In this document: piece after piece, positions 36,801 to 49,904 of the stretch
How positions within the stretch are numbered: position 1 is the first letter of the stretch
Layout: the number at the start of each line of letters is the position of its first letter
DNA from: Leucoraja ocellata
Taxonomy: Eukaryota
Assembly (NCBI GenBank): GCA_036785375.1
Contig: JAWMAR010000113.1
Location: 124,001-188,000 of the forward strand
Reading direction: 5' to 3'
Length of the DNA stretch: 64,000 nt
Notes under the pieces: model-generated
What the model saw: only the letters and a program-made list of their open reading frames with translations
What the model was told of the DNA's origin: nothing
The model's database searches: none
Position numbers and translations under genes: made by a program

Positions 36801-37439
36801 ATTGGGTTAATTTGGATGAAGTAACTGTGTATACTTTCTTGTAGTGTATATATGGATCATTATATTTTACATGGATCTGGTGACAATATACGTACACGTT
36901 TTCTTTAATGCTATTTACAGCTTCATAGAAAATCCTAGCAAATCGTTTGGGGGGTAGATGTTACCTATCAGGACTAAGTTAATAACACAATACATTTATT
37001 TCACGTTTGCACTTTTTTTTGAAGACATCAATAAACGGGGGGTAGTGAGCATACTCTGCTATTCTATCAGATCATGGCGGATCTGAATGTTGGTCTCAAC
37101 GCGATTTTTTTGCCCACTCGCAGGTATTTTCAGTTTTTTTTTTAATTTCTGTGCCAATCTAAACATTGCATCCATAGCTCGCTGGAGCAGAGATTTCTAA
37201 AGATTGACAACCTTCGGAGGAAATTTTTCCTCAAATGGCTGATCCATTCTCCTGAGATTATTCCTACTAGTTTGAGATCACAGAATCATGACATCCAATA
37301 CTTCAGGCTTCTTCCAACATGTTTTGATAAGATCACCTTTCTTTAACACAACATTTAACAGTAGAAGACCATCTAGGCAGGCACACAGTGTACTTTCTTT
37401 ACCATTTTATCTACTTGTATGTCAATTGCAGATATGTGT

Positions 37440-38160
37440 GTGTGAGAAAACATTATTGTCCAGAACATGCCTTTCAGCCCACAAACTCTGTACCAAACAT
37501 GTCAATTTAGTCTCTGCCCATTTTTTTGCCCACTTACAATTCTCTGTGTATCCATTTGCCCATCTATAAAGTCTCTTAAATGTCACCATCTTATCTGCTT
37601 CCACCACTACCTCTAACACGGCATTTCATGCATCCACCATTGTATGTGTATGGGGGATGGAAAAACCTTGTTCAGAATCTCTCCTTTAACAATTTCCCTT
37701 TCTGACCTTAAAGCTGCACTCTGGTTTTTAACATTTCCATCCTGGGGAAAAGGTCCTGACTATTTACCATATCAATGTATCTCATAATTTTATATACTTT
37801 GATCAGGTCTCCCCTTAACCTCTGAAGCTCCAGAGAAAGTAATCGAGTTTGTCCAACCTGTCCTTGTAACTAATATGTTCTGATCCAGGCAATGTTTAGA
37901 TAAACCTCTTTGACACCCTCTTCAACACCTCCACATCCTTCCTGTAATGGGTTCACCAGTAATACACACCAAACTCCAAATACAGCCTAACCAAAGCTTT
38001 TATAATGCTGCAACATGACTTTTATACTGAATGGCTCGACTGATGAAGGCAAGCATACCGATACATCTTTGTTGCCATTTTACTTGTGTGGCCTCTATGA
38101 GCGTGGACTCCAAGATCCATCCCTCTGTATATCAATGTTGTGAAGGGTCTTGCATTATCT
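37440..38160 (-). mobile_element. Old CR1 LINE 3' portion
   Basis: Decayed ORF2 end (VVEADKMVTFKRL). Confidence 0.75.
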
Positions 38161-38439
38161 TAGTTCCAGAGGTCATAGACCTAATTTATTCAATCTTTCT
38201 TTGTCAAATATTCCCTTCATTTTATGGGTCTATCCAGTGAAACTCTCCTGTACCATTCCCAAGGCAAGTGTGTCCTTCCTTAACAGTGTAGTACAGTTAG
38301 GCTAATGTCCAAAATGAGAAGCCTGTTTTAATTATTTAAATATCGCCTGATAATATATGGGTGAGGCAAGTAAAATATGCATTAGTCATGTTAACTTATG
38401 CGAGCCAAGGTTGCATTTTGAAGCAAAAGAGGATTTTGA

Positions 38440-38830
38440 TTTCTAAAGCACATTCCAAGGCTTTAACATCATCGGATGCTTTCATGGCTTTGAAGTCCGG
38501 TCGCTGTAGGAATAGAAGAAAGGTGGCAGCCAGTTTGCACACAGCAAGGTTCCCCAGACTGTCATGAGATTACTTGGCAGGCTTGTTTCACCAGTCTTGT
38601 TTAATGTTGGCCAGGGCTTAAAAAGGCAAACTACCCTGCTCTCTTTCAAAATGGGCATGCATCTCTTGCAGTCATCTGAACTATTATCAGTTTAACATCC
38701 CGGATGAAAGACGGCATCTCCTGATAGTGTGGCACTCATCCAACACTGAAATAATAGTGTGGATTGTGTGTTTGGCTCCAGTGCAATTTTGAAATTATAA
38801 CATTTTGAATAAGTGGGAGATTGCTATCAT
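38440..38830 (-). mobile_element. Ancient DeuSINE (SacSINE1/AmnSINE1-like Deu domain)
   Basis: ggcagccagtttgcacacagcaag...ttggccagg...ccctgctct...tcagtttaacatc...gaaagacggcatctcc.gatagtgtggcactc matches the Deu-domain consensus as I recall it. Confidence 0.7.
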
Positions 38831-39074
38831 TCTGTTGAGACGGGCAGAGTGGTGCAGTGCTGTTGTTGCTTTCCCTGATTTATTTCCAGATCAAGCAGGC
38901 CTTTGAATCAGATACTTCAATTTATTTAAACCTGTTTATTTCCAAATTAAGTTTTGCCCATGGGGTATTTCTGAACCAAAAAATGATGACTGGTTAATGG
39001 AATTTGAGAGAGAAGCTAGCTGTTATTACTTTATTATCACATACGTCAGGGTGCTATCAAATTCCTCGTTTGCA

Positions 39075-39362
39075 AGGGCGGTACAGTGGCGCAGCGATAG
39101 AATTGCAGCCTCGCAGCACCAGAGACCCAGGTACAATCCTGACTATGGGTGCTGTTAATACATTCTCCCCGTGACTGCGTGGGTTTTGTCCGGGTGCTCC
39201 GTTTCCTCCCACACTCCAAAGACGAACAGATTTGTAGGTTAATTGGCTTTGGTAAAATTATAAATGGTCCCTAGTGTGTGTAGGGTAATGCTAATGTACC
39301 AGCTGGTCAGCACGGACTCGGTGGGCCGAAGAGCCTGTTTCCGAGGTGCGCCTCAAGTCTAA
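39075..39362 (+). mobile_element. V-SINE (HE1-like)
   Basis: Head gggcggtacagtggcgcagcg, V-domain, tail. Confidence 0.88.
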
Positions 39363-39519
39363 AGAAGCTAATGATAGATACAATAATAAATATGAATACC
39401 AAATAACAGAATGATGTAATGATTACAATTCTTTTAATTAAATAAAAAAAAAAAAAAAACTTAACTGGAAGAAACAAATGAGCAACAGTAGAGTATGTGG
39501 CAGGAACCTCACATGAAGG

Positions 39520-40200
39520 TGGAGTGAAAAAGGTGGTTCAGGTGTTTGGATATCTGGGCTTTCAAACTCCGAGGAGCTCCCAGAAGGTGGAAGAGAGACA
39601 GTGATCAGGAGGCATTCTTGGTGATACATTCAGCCTTCCTGGTGCAATGCACCATGAAGATGGACTGGATGGAAGTGGTGAGCCTATTATGGACTGGGCT
39701 GTGTTCACCACTCTGTGCAGATGCAGAGCAGTTGCCATACCAGGCTGAGATGCCTTCTGGCAGAATACTTTCTGAAGTTCAAGGGAGTCTTTGTGGACAT
39801 TCCAAATCTTCTTGGACACCTAACAGAGTAGACACTGTTGATCATTGCATCAGTGTGAAGGGACCAGTTTTGGAGCTCTTGACCAGCAGCTCCAGTGATG
39901 GTGACAGTAGTGCCGTGCTGCTCCACCTCCCGCTTCCTTGGGTCACCAAGCATTCTTTTTTGGGGGGGGGGGGTTCCTTGATGATATTAAGGGTTAGATT
40001 GTTGTTCTAACACCATGACTCAAAGTTCCCAATCTCCTTCCTGTACTACTTCTCATACCTGGTGTTGACCCTGCCAACAACAGTGGTATCTTTGGTGAAT
40101 TTGGAGATGGAGTTGGCACTATATTTGGCAAGAGTCATGTGTGTATAGGAGGTAGAGCAGGGGACTGAGCACACAACCCTGACCCAGCACCAGTGCCGAG
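39520..40200 (-). mobile_element. Rex1/Babar-like LINE RT fragment
   Basis: ISKFTKDTTVVGR, LRRFGMSTKT..NF remnants, LHRVVNTAQSIIG. Confidence 0.7.
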
Positions 40201-40229
40201 GGTCTATCTGGACATAGCATTCATATGTT

Positions 40230-40548
40230 GTCCAGAACAAGGGGTCACAGTTTAAGGATAAGGGGAAATCTTTTAGGACCGAGATGAGAAAAACATTTTT
40301 CACACAGAGAGTGGTGAATCTGTGGAATTCTCTGCCACAGAAGGTAGTTGAGGCCAGTTCATTGGCTATATTTAAGAGGGAGTTAGATATGGCCCTTGTG
40401 GCTAAAGGAATCAGAGGGTATGGAGAGAAGGCTGAGTATGGAGGTACAGGATACTGAGTTGGATGATCAGCCATGATCATATTGAATGGCGGTGCAGGCT
40501 CGAAGGGCCGTATGGCCTATTCCTGCACCTATTTTCTATGTTTCTATG
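40230..40548 (+). mobile_element. CR1 LINE 3' end
   Basis: Young-subfamily sequence with (TTTCTATG)n tail. Confidence 0.92.
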
Positions 40549-41194
40549 TCTTGCAACATAGGAAAATATGGTACTAAATATGTCCTCCAGCATCTCCGAT
40601 AGACTACCCAGGAACAACTAATCTCATTTAATTGTGTTTTGAAGGTTTATTTCGCCTCTTAAGATTTTCAGATAAAGTCTTCAAAGGAGACGGAGGTGTG
40701 GAGTCTGTTAAAGAGTAATCTAAAATATGCCTGACTCTAGTATGGTCTGATAGATTAAACATTAATCAGGGTAATATTGTGATGGAGGTTACCTTGACCA
40801 GCTGTCTGAGTGTGGGTGTATTTAATCTCACTGTAAATGAACATGATTGTTTGACAAATAGTGAATGAACCATACAAATCTAAACAGTCATATGATTAAT
40901 CTAACTGATACATTCACCCTTGGCAATGTGTACAAAACAGAACAATAAGCTGATTAATATTGTCTGAGACCAGCATGGCTGGAGAGATAATAGAAATATA
41001 GAAAATCGGTGCAGGAGTAGGCCATTCGGCCCTTCGAGCCTGCACCGCCATTCAATATGATTATGGCTGATCATAGATCATAGTCTTGTACATTTGCTGG
41101 AAAAATTATGGGATGCATCCCTACAATTTTATATTTATATTTCAAAGTATTAATATGTATATATATATTTACGTGACCTAGTTTCTTTCAATTT

Positions 41195-41503
41195 AGGCTT
41201 AGTTTGTAGGTGCAGTGTGGGAACAGGCCCTTCGGCCCAACATGTCCGCACTGCCAGTGACCACCCTGGACACTAGTGCTAATTTACACACTAGGGACAA
41301 TTTACAATCTTTACCGAAGCCAATTAACCTCCAAACCTATACGTCTTTGGAGTGTGGGTGGAAACTAGAGCACCTGGGGAAAACCCACGCAGTCACAGAG
41401 GAGAAGGTACAAATTCCATACAGTCGGCACTGGTATTCCGGCTCAAACCCAGATCTCTTGCACTGTAAGGCAGCAACTCTACCGCAGCACCATCAAGCCG
41501 CCC
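41195..41503 (-). mobile_element. V-SINE (HE1-like)
   Basis: Reverse-complement V-domain and tail. Confidence 0.82.
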
Positions 41504-41717
41504 CTACTTGTAAATAAGGAGTTGAAACGTATGCAATCTACATTCCCTTCTGAAAAATGTACATTCTCACATGAGAGACAAGTTCGCATTTCAAAAACCT
41601 TGTATACATTTCCACCCACACAAAACAGAAAATAATCAGTAAAATCTTTCCCATGTAAGTGGCTCGAGCTAATCTCTCTTTTCGTCTCTGCGCTTTATAC
41701 CTGTTGCTCATATCTGC

Positions 41718-42023
41718 TTAGTTTAGAGGTACAGCATGTAAACAGTCCCATCAGCCCACCAAATTTGTGCCAGTTCACCTGTTAACACACTAGTTCTGTT
41801 ATCATCAATTCCCTACACACTAGGGGCAATTTACAGAGGCCAGTTAATCTGCAAACCTGCACTTCCTTGGGATGTGGGAGGGAACCGGAGCACCTGGTGG
41901 AAAACCCATGGAGTCACAGGGAGAACATGCAAACTCTGCACAGACAGCACTGGAGGTCAGATTCTAACCTGGGTCTCTGTGGCTGTGAGGCAGCACTCCA
42001 CCAGCTGCGGCACTGAGCTGCCC
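41718..42023 (-). mobile_element. V-SINE (HE1-like)
   Basis: Reverse-complement V-domain and tail. Confidence 0.82.
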
Positions 42024-42880
42024 AGAATCCATTTATAGTTATTTTACCAGAGTAAGCATGTATTCACAAGGGGATGGGATAAATTTAAAAGGAAGGCATT
42101 TGATAATTATGGAGAAAAAGCAGGGAAGTAGAGCCTATCTGGAAGGTCCTTTCTAACAGAAACGTACAGACACACTCCAAAGTTAATTGGTTTGGTATCA
42201 ATGTTAAATTGTCCCTAGTGTGTGTAGGATAGTGATAATGTACGGGGATCGCTGTTCAGTGCGGACTCGGTGGGCCTGTTTCCATGCTGTATCTCTAAAC
42301 TGAAAAGGTATATTCATGGTGTCTTTTTAAATTAAAAAAAAAAAAAAAAATCTTATCGAGATAATTTGTGTTTTGATGTTTGGACAGAACAGCCTCACCT
42401 TGTGTGCGTTCTAGCCTGCAGCAGTTATTCAAGCTATGGTTTCAGACCAACATGCATGTGCAAATCTGTGAGCTGTGTCTGACTCACGCCTACCTTGTAC
42501 ATTCATCAGGTGTAAATGGAATAGAATGTTATGTTGTCTGGTAATGTTAGTACTTGTCAAGTTCAATAGCAAACCAAAAACAACTCACCTGACACATTTG
42601 ATTATGATGAAATGTTGACTTTGGCTATCGTGAAAGCAGTCATTCAACAAAAGTGCTTTGTGTTAAGTAAGTTTTACTAAATTCAACCAGACTTTACATT
42701 ATCTAAACTTAAATAGACATTCCAATCTAGGCGGTCAGGAAACGGGACTCGATTGGCAAAAGTGCTTTACGTTTAAGTAACTTTCATTTTAACTTGCTAA
42801 CAAAAATGCAGCTTGTTCCCAGAAAAGGGAATGTTTGTGCCATTTTAATTCGGTTTACTTTTTTGCCTCCACAGATCAAG

Positions 42881-42943
42881 ATGTGTGATTTCTTGAGGGA
42901 TCAGGAAGCCCCTGTCGTTTTGGAATCACGAGGCATGCTTAAG
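42881..42943 (+). CDS. ETS2: ETS2 coding exon 1 (MCDFLRDQEAPVVLESRGMLK)
   Basis: Polypyrimidine tract plus CAG acceptor ending 42874, ATG at 42881, AAG|GTAAAG donor (phase 0). Resembles the human ETS2 N-terminus MNDF...VAPV...RGTLK. Confidence 0.85.
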
Positions 42944-43694
42944 GTAAAGTTTAACATAGCGAGACAAACGACTATTGCAACATACTTAAATAATGTAAGA
43001 GCATGTAAGCCTTTCAAGCCTTGGAGAATGTGTTACAGCGTGCATAGGCTTTTTATTTCAGCCAAGTGTGTGGAGATTTAAAACTAATTCTGTTGTCAGA
43101 AGGAACGTCTGGAGCCCAAATTTCTGTCAAAAATGGCGTAAAGTTCGGTGTCTGTTTACAAATTTGATTCGTACAGGTGTCGGGGGTTATGGGGAGCAGG
43201 CAGGAGAATGGGGTTAGGAGGGAGAGATAGATCAACCATGATTAAATAGTGGAATAGACTTGATGGGCCGAATGGCCTAATTCTGCTCTCATCACTTATG
43301 ACCTGTTAATTATTATCATTCATTCACTTCTTAAAATCCTAATTGCTGTTCCTTGAATTAATCGAGGAGTTTGCATAGGAGATTTTTATGGTGCTGATAA
43401 GTTTCGAAGAAAAGTTTTACTGTTGACGTGTGCAATAGACATTATCTACAAAGCAAGTAGGTTGTTTGGCTTTGGTCTTGGTGGAACATTCTATCACCAT
43501 GGATTAAGGCTATAACAACAGTATTCTAGTTCGGTATGATACAGGTGCTGGACAATTCCTTTAAAATTTAATTGAAGATATATTTTCTAATCTTCCTCCA
43601 AAGATGTCTGATTAAACAATGACAAAGGATGCAAGCCATTCCTTATGAATGAGCATTTTTCTCTTATTCTAGATTAATGTTTCTTTGAAATTAA

Positions 43695-43902
43695 GGACAC
43701 AAAGTGTTGGAGTAAGTCAGCAGGTCGGGCAGCATTCCTGGCGGTGACATTTCAGATTGAGACCCTTTTTCATACCGTAGAAGGGTCCTAACCCAAAACG
43801 TCACCTATTCATGTACGCGGGGATGCTGCCTGACCTGGTGACTTACTCCAGCACTTTGTGTCCTTTTTTTGTAAGCCAGCATCTCCAGTTTCTTGTTTCT
43901 GC
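43695..43902. mobile_element. Fold-back Penelope 3' repeat
   Basis: ggacacaaagtgttggagtaagtcagcaggtc...gacctggtgacttactccagcactttgtgtcc inverted arms. Confidence 0.75.
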
Positions 43903-45689
43903 TTATTAATATTTCTTTAGGCAGGTTCTTGTTAAAACAGGATGATTTGACAACTTTTTAGTTATTCATCCAAAACCTTTAATTGCCTAGCAGTTTGCTG
44001 AACTACCCAAATTAAATCATGCGAACGCATTGTGTAAGTTGGAATGTAAAGTATTAGTGTGAGCATGTTCCACCCTTTAGTTCTATGTCATAGTTCTATG
44101 TCCATAGAACAATGCTCAAAAGGTGGCCTCTTATCCCAGGGTGCCTTTGCCACCCCTTTTGACCCATCCCTTATTACATTTTCCAAATCTGTTTAGTTTA
44201 CTTTATCGTCAAGGTACAATGAAAAGATTTTGCATGTTAACCAGTCAGTGGAGAGACTATACATGATTACAATCAAGCCACCCACACTGTACAGATACAT
44301 GATAAAGAAAATTACGTTTGATGCAAGATAAAGTCCGATTAAAGATAGTCCAATAGTTACACGTAGTATATGGTTAACTTCCTTCTAAAGTCATAACTGA
44401 ATCCACTTGGGTAGACACAAAATGCTGGAGTAACTCAGCGGATGAGGCGGATTAGATTCTTGATTAGCTTGGGAGATATGGGGAGAAGGCAGGAGAATGG
44501 AGTTAGGAGGGAGAGATAGATCTGCAATTATTGAATAGCGGAGCAGACTAGATGGGCCAAATGGTCTAATTCTGATCCCATCACATGAGCTTTCACCGAC
44601 TTTTCACTTTGTACATTTAAAATCATTTCAATTTCTTCCATGCAGTGTTCACTATTTTGTAGTCTGGAAATAAATGCAAAAGATACTTTAATCAGAAACA
44701 AACCGTATAAAGCATACATCAGTTATATCAGTAGACTACTGGATGAGTAATTCTACAAATGTTTAACTCGTACCATGCTTGGCTTTCCAGTTTACACAAT
44801 GTGTGGGTGTGTTTTCATTGTATAGTCTGATTAATTTGTAGGTAATTCAAGTTTCTAGATAATCGCTTGGGGGTGGGGAGAAAAACTCCATCCAGTTTAA
44901 CAATGCAGTGTTCATGACTCTGGAATGGTTTACATGTTTTATTACAGTTTAATCTTGATCAACATTTTTTTTTTTTTGTTTAATTTAATTCCACAACTTC
45001 TGCGTCACATCAGATTCATTGCTGTCAAGGATCTAGGCTCAAATCCAGCCAACAAGATCTTGACCAGAGAATACAACCAATTGGTGTGAAATGAGTTGTC
45101 AAAATTCTGCAATGAATCAGCCAGTGTGTGTGTGTGTGTGTGTGTAAATAAAATTGATATTGCTGTAGAAAGGAACTGCAGATGCTGATTTATATTGAAG
45201 ATAGACACAAAGTGCTGGAGTAACTTGGCAGGCCCAGCATCTCTGTAGTAAAAGCTTGGGTGCCGTTTCAGATTGTGATCCTTCAGTCTGAAGAAGAGTC
45301 CCAACCTGAAACGTAATCCATTTTTTCTCTCCTGACCCGCTGAGTTTTAATATAGATATTCTGTTAGTATGTGGCGAAGCATGTAGCACTACAATTTTGC
45401 TTTTCAGTCCATATTTGCCAGCTGACTTCAAGTGTTTCCAGAATTTCCTGTTTTTAATTTCAGAATTCTGGCATCAGTAATTAACTTTTTGTTAACACAC
45501 CAAATATTCACACATCAATACACTCATTGTCCCTCGCTTGCAGAATTTTTAATGTCAACATTGGTACTAGTTTGGAATGATGTTAATTTTGAATCTCTTC
45601 TAGTAGCAAGTGGCAATGGCAAATAATTGTTTGTAAATTAAATGTAATATAGTTGCAAGTTCTTAAGAACATTTGATTTCCTTTTTCAG

Positions 45690-45810
45690 CGCCAATCAGC
45701 ATTTGACATGCATGAGGCATATGATACTGGACTTGACAGATTCCTGTCACATTTGGATGAAGAGCAGAGTGTGCAAGAGGTTCCAACAGGCATGTCCGCA
45801 CTATTAAATG
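45690..45810 (+). CDS. ETS2: ETS2 coding exon 2 (RQSAFDMHEAYDTGLDRFLSHLDEEQSVQEVPTGMSALLN)
   Basis: tttttcag acceptor, G|GTAAAG donor (phase 1). Matches human RQPAFD...EEQTLQEVPTG. Confidence 0.92.
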
Positions 45811-46169
45811 GTAAAGTACTTCAATAGCTGGAAAATATTCATCTTTAACTGTTATCTCAGTATAATGGCACATGTAATGCTGCAAGAGGATCTTGGCTTT
45901 GGGGGGGGGGGGGGTTGTCCACAGAGAACAAAGAGGGACCATTGGGGACTAAATGGAACACTTTGTAACTTTCGGCGCACTATATGTGGCGACTCTTTGC
46001 ATACATGGTGTATGTAAAACAAAGAATCTCGCTGTGACATGTCACATGTGAAAATAAAGTATCGTTCATCTTCTTTCAATTTTGGTCGCCTTGTTGAAGG
46101 TATTGGTGCAGGGTTTGGTTGATGAACATATCGCCAGGGCTGGCATTTATAAATGCAAATCTCTGTAAA

Positions 46170-46415
46170 GGGCACAATGCTGGAGTAACTCAGCGTGTCA
46201 GGCAGTACCACTGGGGTACATGGATAGGTGAAGTTTTGGGTCGAGACCCTTCTTGAAGGATCGTTGCCCAAAACGTCTCCAGTCTGAAGAAGGATCCCAG
46301 CCCAAAATGTCAATTAACCATGTTCCCCTGAACCAAGCTGCCTGACCTGCCAAGTTTCTCCAGCATTTGTGTCCTCTTGTGCCAATCAACATCTGCAATT
46401 CCTTGTTTCCACACT
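46170..46415. mobile_element. Fold-back Penelope 3' repeat
   Basis: Inverted arms with decayed hammerhead cores (ctgaagaagg at 46284). Confidence 0.7.
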
Positions 46416-46624
46416 TCTCTTGTCTGTATTTCAATTCTAATTTTCTGCCAGTTCAGGAGTTGGAGGTGTTGTATTTGACCGCAATACTCGATTCTTTAGT
46501 GGGGTGGGGGTGGGAGATGATTTGCTCATTCTAAACCTCTGGATGTTACTGAAGGTTCGGTTTGAGCAGAGTTGAATGTCCACATGGGTCAGCTGGTTTT
46601 CTTTTTGGCAATCTCATCTTCAAC

Positions 46625-46850
46625 CCGGTACGATGGTGCAGTGTCGGAGACCCGGGTTCGATCCCGACCACGGGTGCTGTCTGTACGGAGTTTGCACGTT
46701 CTCCCCGTGTGCTGCGTAGATTTTCTCCGAAATCTTTGGTTTCATCCCACGCTCCAAAGACATACAGGATTTGTAGGTTAATTGGCTTGGTAAATGTAAA
46801 ATTTGGCCCTAGTGTGAGTACATTAGTGTTAATGTGGGGGGATCGCTGAT
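46625..46850 (+). mobile_element. V-SINE, partial
   Basis: B box ggttcgatccc and V-domain. Confidence 0.85.
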
Positions 46851-47454
46851 CGCTGGATCGCTGGATTTCCCTTTTTTCAGAAATGATCTGATCGCTAAAT
46901 GCAATCGCTTTCAAAATTAAACTTTCATTTCCCCTAAGGCTCAATGCTGTGGTTATATTTGCATGGAATTACCAGATTCAGCATTGTGCAGTCCATTTTT
47001 GTTCCAGGAAGGAAAAGTAGAACTCAGTCGGCTGGAATCTGAAAAGAAACAGAAATGTTGGAAGAACTCGACTAGTCAGTTAGCATCTGTGGGGGAAAAA
47101 GAAACCAGTCTGTGATTTGGGTCAACGTGGTTCTGGGGCAATAAATTAATGATATTTCAGTGCCAGTTCTGAGGAAGGGTCACTACCAAAAAATAATGAC
47201 TGGTTTCTCTTTCCAAAGATGTTGCTTGACTGTCTGAGTTCTTCTAGCATTCATCGTTCTAGTTTTTATTGTATCATTGTCCCCTCACTGTTCGCCATTA
47301 TAACATATTGCAATGACAGTAACCCAGCTTGCTGTGAAATTCTAAGGTCCCATTTTGACATTGAACTTCTTTCTCATTATGTTTGTGAGAACTCTACTCC
47401 ACTCCAATCCAATATTTTCATCAATCAACTATGATACCAAGCCAAGTATCTGTC

Positions 47455-47655
47455 TCCAGTATCCAAGGGCACTATTCAGAAGAAGAATTAAGGATAATTA
47501 TCCCTGGTGTCCTGCTCTTGTTTTGTTGCCAAACCAGTATTTGGAAAAGCTTGTTGTGTTCAAGGGGGCTACATTACAACAGTGACTCCATTGGCTTGAA
47601 AGGGCTTTGAGATATTCTGAAAGGCATTTGGAAATGTCTATATTAATCATGCGCT
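47455..47655 (+). mobile_element. Ancient DeuSINE fragment
   Basis: ggcactattcagaagaaga...ttatccctggtgtcctg...ctacattacaacagtgact..cattggct.gaaagggctttgaga matches the Deu domain and tail. Confidence 0.65.
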
Positions 47656-47997
47656 TTCTATAAATAATTGCTAATCTCTTTGTAACCTGTGTCACTTTTG
47701 ATGAAGTAACTATTTTAATAAATTTGTATGCAATGGTTGGAACTCCAGCCACTTTAAATGTTTATCTTAAAAAATGACTTCATGTAGTTCTTGAGTCAGA
47801 TTGATGGATTCAGAATATCAACAAAAGTAAACATTGTAATTTAACGCTTGACTCGTGGATTGTCATTTTCATTTGTCAAAAAGGGAGAAAGATTAAAATA
47901 TATAACACGTTTATATTTCCTCTTTCGAGGGAATTTTTTTTTTCGTGGTGAAAATATTATTCCTCGCAGCTTATTTTTGTTGTCTCACTCACTGTAG

Positions 47998-48117
47998 ATG
48001 TTGGAGCCAATGAAGTACCGCTCCTTACGCCAGTCAGCAAGGCTGTTATGAGCCAGGCACTCAAGGAGAGCTTCAGTGGTTTTGTCAAGGAGAGGCGACG
48101 TCTTGGTATCCCAAAAG
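47998..48117 (+). CDS. ETS2: ETS2 coding exon 3 (DVGANEVPLLTPVSKAVMSQALKESFSGFVKERRRLGIPK), ERK site and start of PNT domain
   Basis: tgtag acceptor, G|GTAACC donor, 120 nt. PLLTP MAPK phosphoacceptor motif of ETS1/ETS2. Confidence 0.96.
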
Positions 48118-48206
48118 GTAACCAGTTTTACAGTAGTCACTGTGTTTAATAAAATGAGAATAAAAGGATGTGCCTTTAGAATGGAGTAGTGGAAGAATTT
48201 CTTTAC

Positions 48207-48530
48207 AAGTTACAGGATCAGAATGAGGCCATTTGGCCCATCCGGTCTTCTCTGTCATTCAATCATGGCTGATCTATCATTCCCTCTCAGCCCCATTCTC
48301 TTGTCCTCTCCCCATAACCCATGATACCCGTTCTAAGTATGAATCTATCTGCACCTTATTGAATTCCACAGATTCACCACACTGACTAAAGAAATTCCTC
48401 CTCATCTCCTTTCTAAAGGTACGTCCTTTTATTCTGAGGCTATGTCGTCTGGTCCTAGACTCTCCCACTAGTGGAAATATCCTCTCTACATCCACTATAT
48501 CCAGGACTTTCACTATTTTGTAAGTTTCTA
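48207..48530 (-). mobile_element. CR1 LINE 3' end
   Basis: LDIVDVERIFPLVGESRTRRHSLRIKGR. Confidence 0.85.
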
Positions 48531-48932
48531 TGACCTATTTTCGTGCCATGTCGTTATAAGACTAAGTTATGACTCGGATAATTTGACGCAATTCCTACCA
48601 CTCGCAGGCAGGCTGAGCAGAAGGAGGAAGCTAAATTCATAATAGGAAACAGTTTTCAAGATGAAGATGCAATTTCCTTTAGGAAAGTGGAAGGACACAT
48701 TGAGTACCCTCTCTGAACCGTTGCTAAGTGACGCTTTCTGAGAAACATGTAGTTATGAATGGTGAATACAATCGGAGGGGAACTCTTTTCTTTGACCACA
48801 CGTCTGAATGAATCACCAGCTTCAATTGAATGAAGCTGACTTAACATTTTATTTCTCTTTAACTCCCCTCCCCCTCCCTATTTTTGGAAACCGCAATGTT
48901 AATTCCCTTTTTAAACTACCTGGGTAGCGCAA

Positions 48933-49245
48933 GGGCAGCACGATGGCGCAGCGGTAGAGTTGCTGCCTTACAGCGCTTGCACAGCCGAAGACCCAGGTTC
49001 GATCCCGACTACGGTTGCTGTCTGTACGAAGTTTGTACGTTCTCCTCATGACCACGTGGGTTTTTTCACAGAGATCCTCGGTTTTCCTCCCACACTCCAA
49101 AGACGTACAGGTTTTGGATTAATTGGCTTGATATAAGTAAAAAATTGTCTCCAGTGTGTGTAGGATGGTGTTTGTGTGGAGGGATCACTGGTCGGTGTGG
49201 ACTCGGTGGGCATGTTTCCACGCTGCATCTCGAAACTAAACTAAA
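48933..49245 (+). mobile_element. V-SINE (HE1-like), full length
   Basis: A and B boxes, V-domain, (CTAAA)n tail. Confidence 0.92.
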
Positions 49246-49427
49246 GATTAGCGCAAAGAATAAATGTCTTAATCCATTCGCTACCCATGTAGGAAAAACC
49301 TGGACCTGGTCTTAAATTGAACCAAAGAATTCTGTCTTTGAGAAACTGAACAAATGATTAGTCTATCTTGAGAAGGAGATTTTAGTTGAAGCTTTGCAGT
49401 AACTCTACATTTGTCATTTGTTTCCAG

Positions 49428-49628
49428 ACCCTCACACTTGGACTGAACAGCATGTTAATCAATGGTTACACTGGGCCGTGAATGAATTCAGTCTGCAAAA
49501 TGTCAACTTCCAAAAATTCTACATGATGGGTCAAGTTCTTTGTGATCTTGGGAAAGAATGTTTCCTGGAGCTGGCACCTGACTTCATTGGAGACATCCTC
49601 TGGGAACACTTGGATCAACTAATGAAAG
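49428..49628 (+). CDS. ETS2: ETS2 coding exon 4, PNT/SAM domain
   Basis: [23 protein letters not shown]...[22 protein letters not shown]. ttccag acceptor, G|GTACAG donor, 201 nt. Confidence 0.97.
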
Positions 49629-49904
49629 GTACAGTGGTGTCCTGAAATAGTTCCTGGAAGAAAAAAAATGAAGCATGAGATTCAAAATACACAGCGCTTC
49701 TTAATTCAGGAGAAACCATTGTGTATTATTTTAAAATGTTTACTTATGGATGTAATGAAGGACATGTTGGCCGGTGTGGGCAAGTTGTTCCAAAGGGCCT
49801 GTTTCCACACTGTATCATGTCAGGACTCTTAATTTAAAAAAAAGTATCCATAAAATCCAATCTTTGCCCTTGCCCTTCTCTCCAGCATAATAATCCCCTG
49901 TTAT

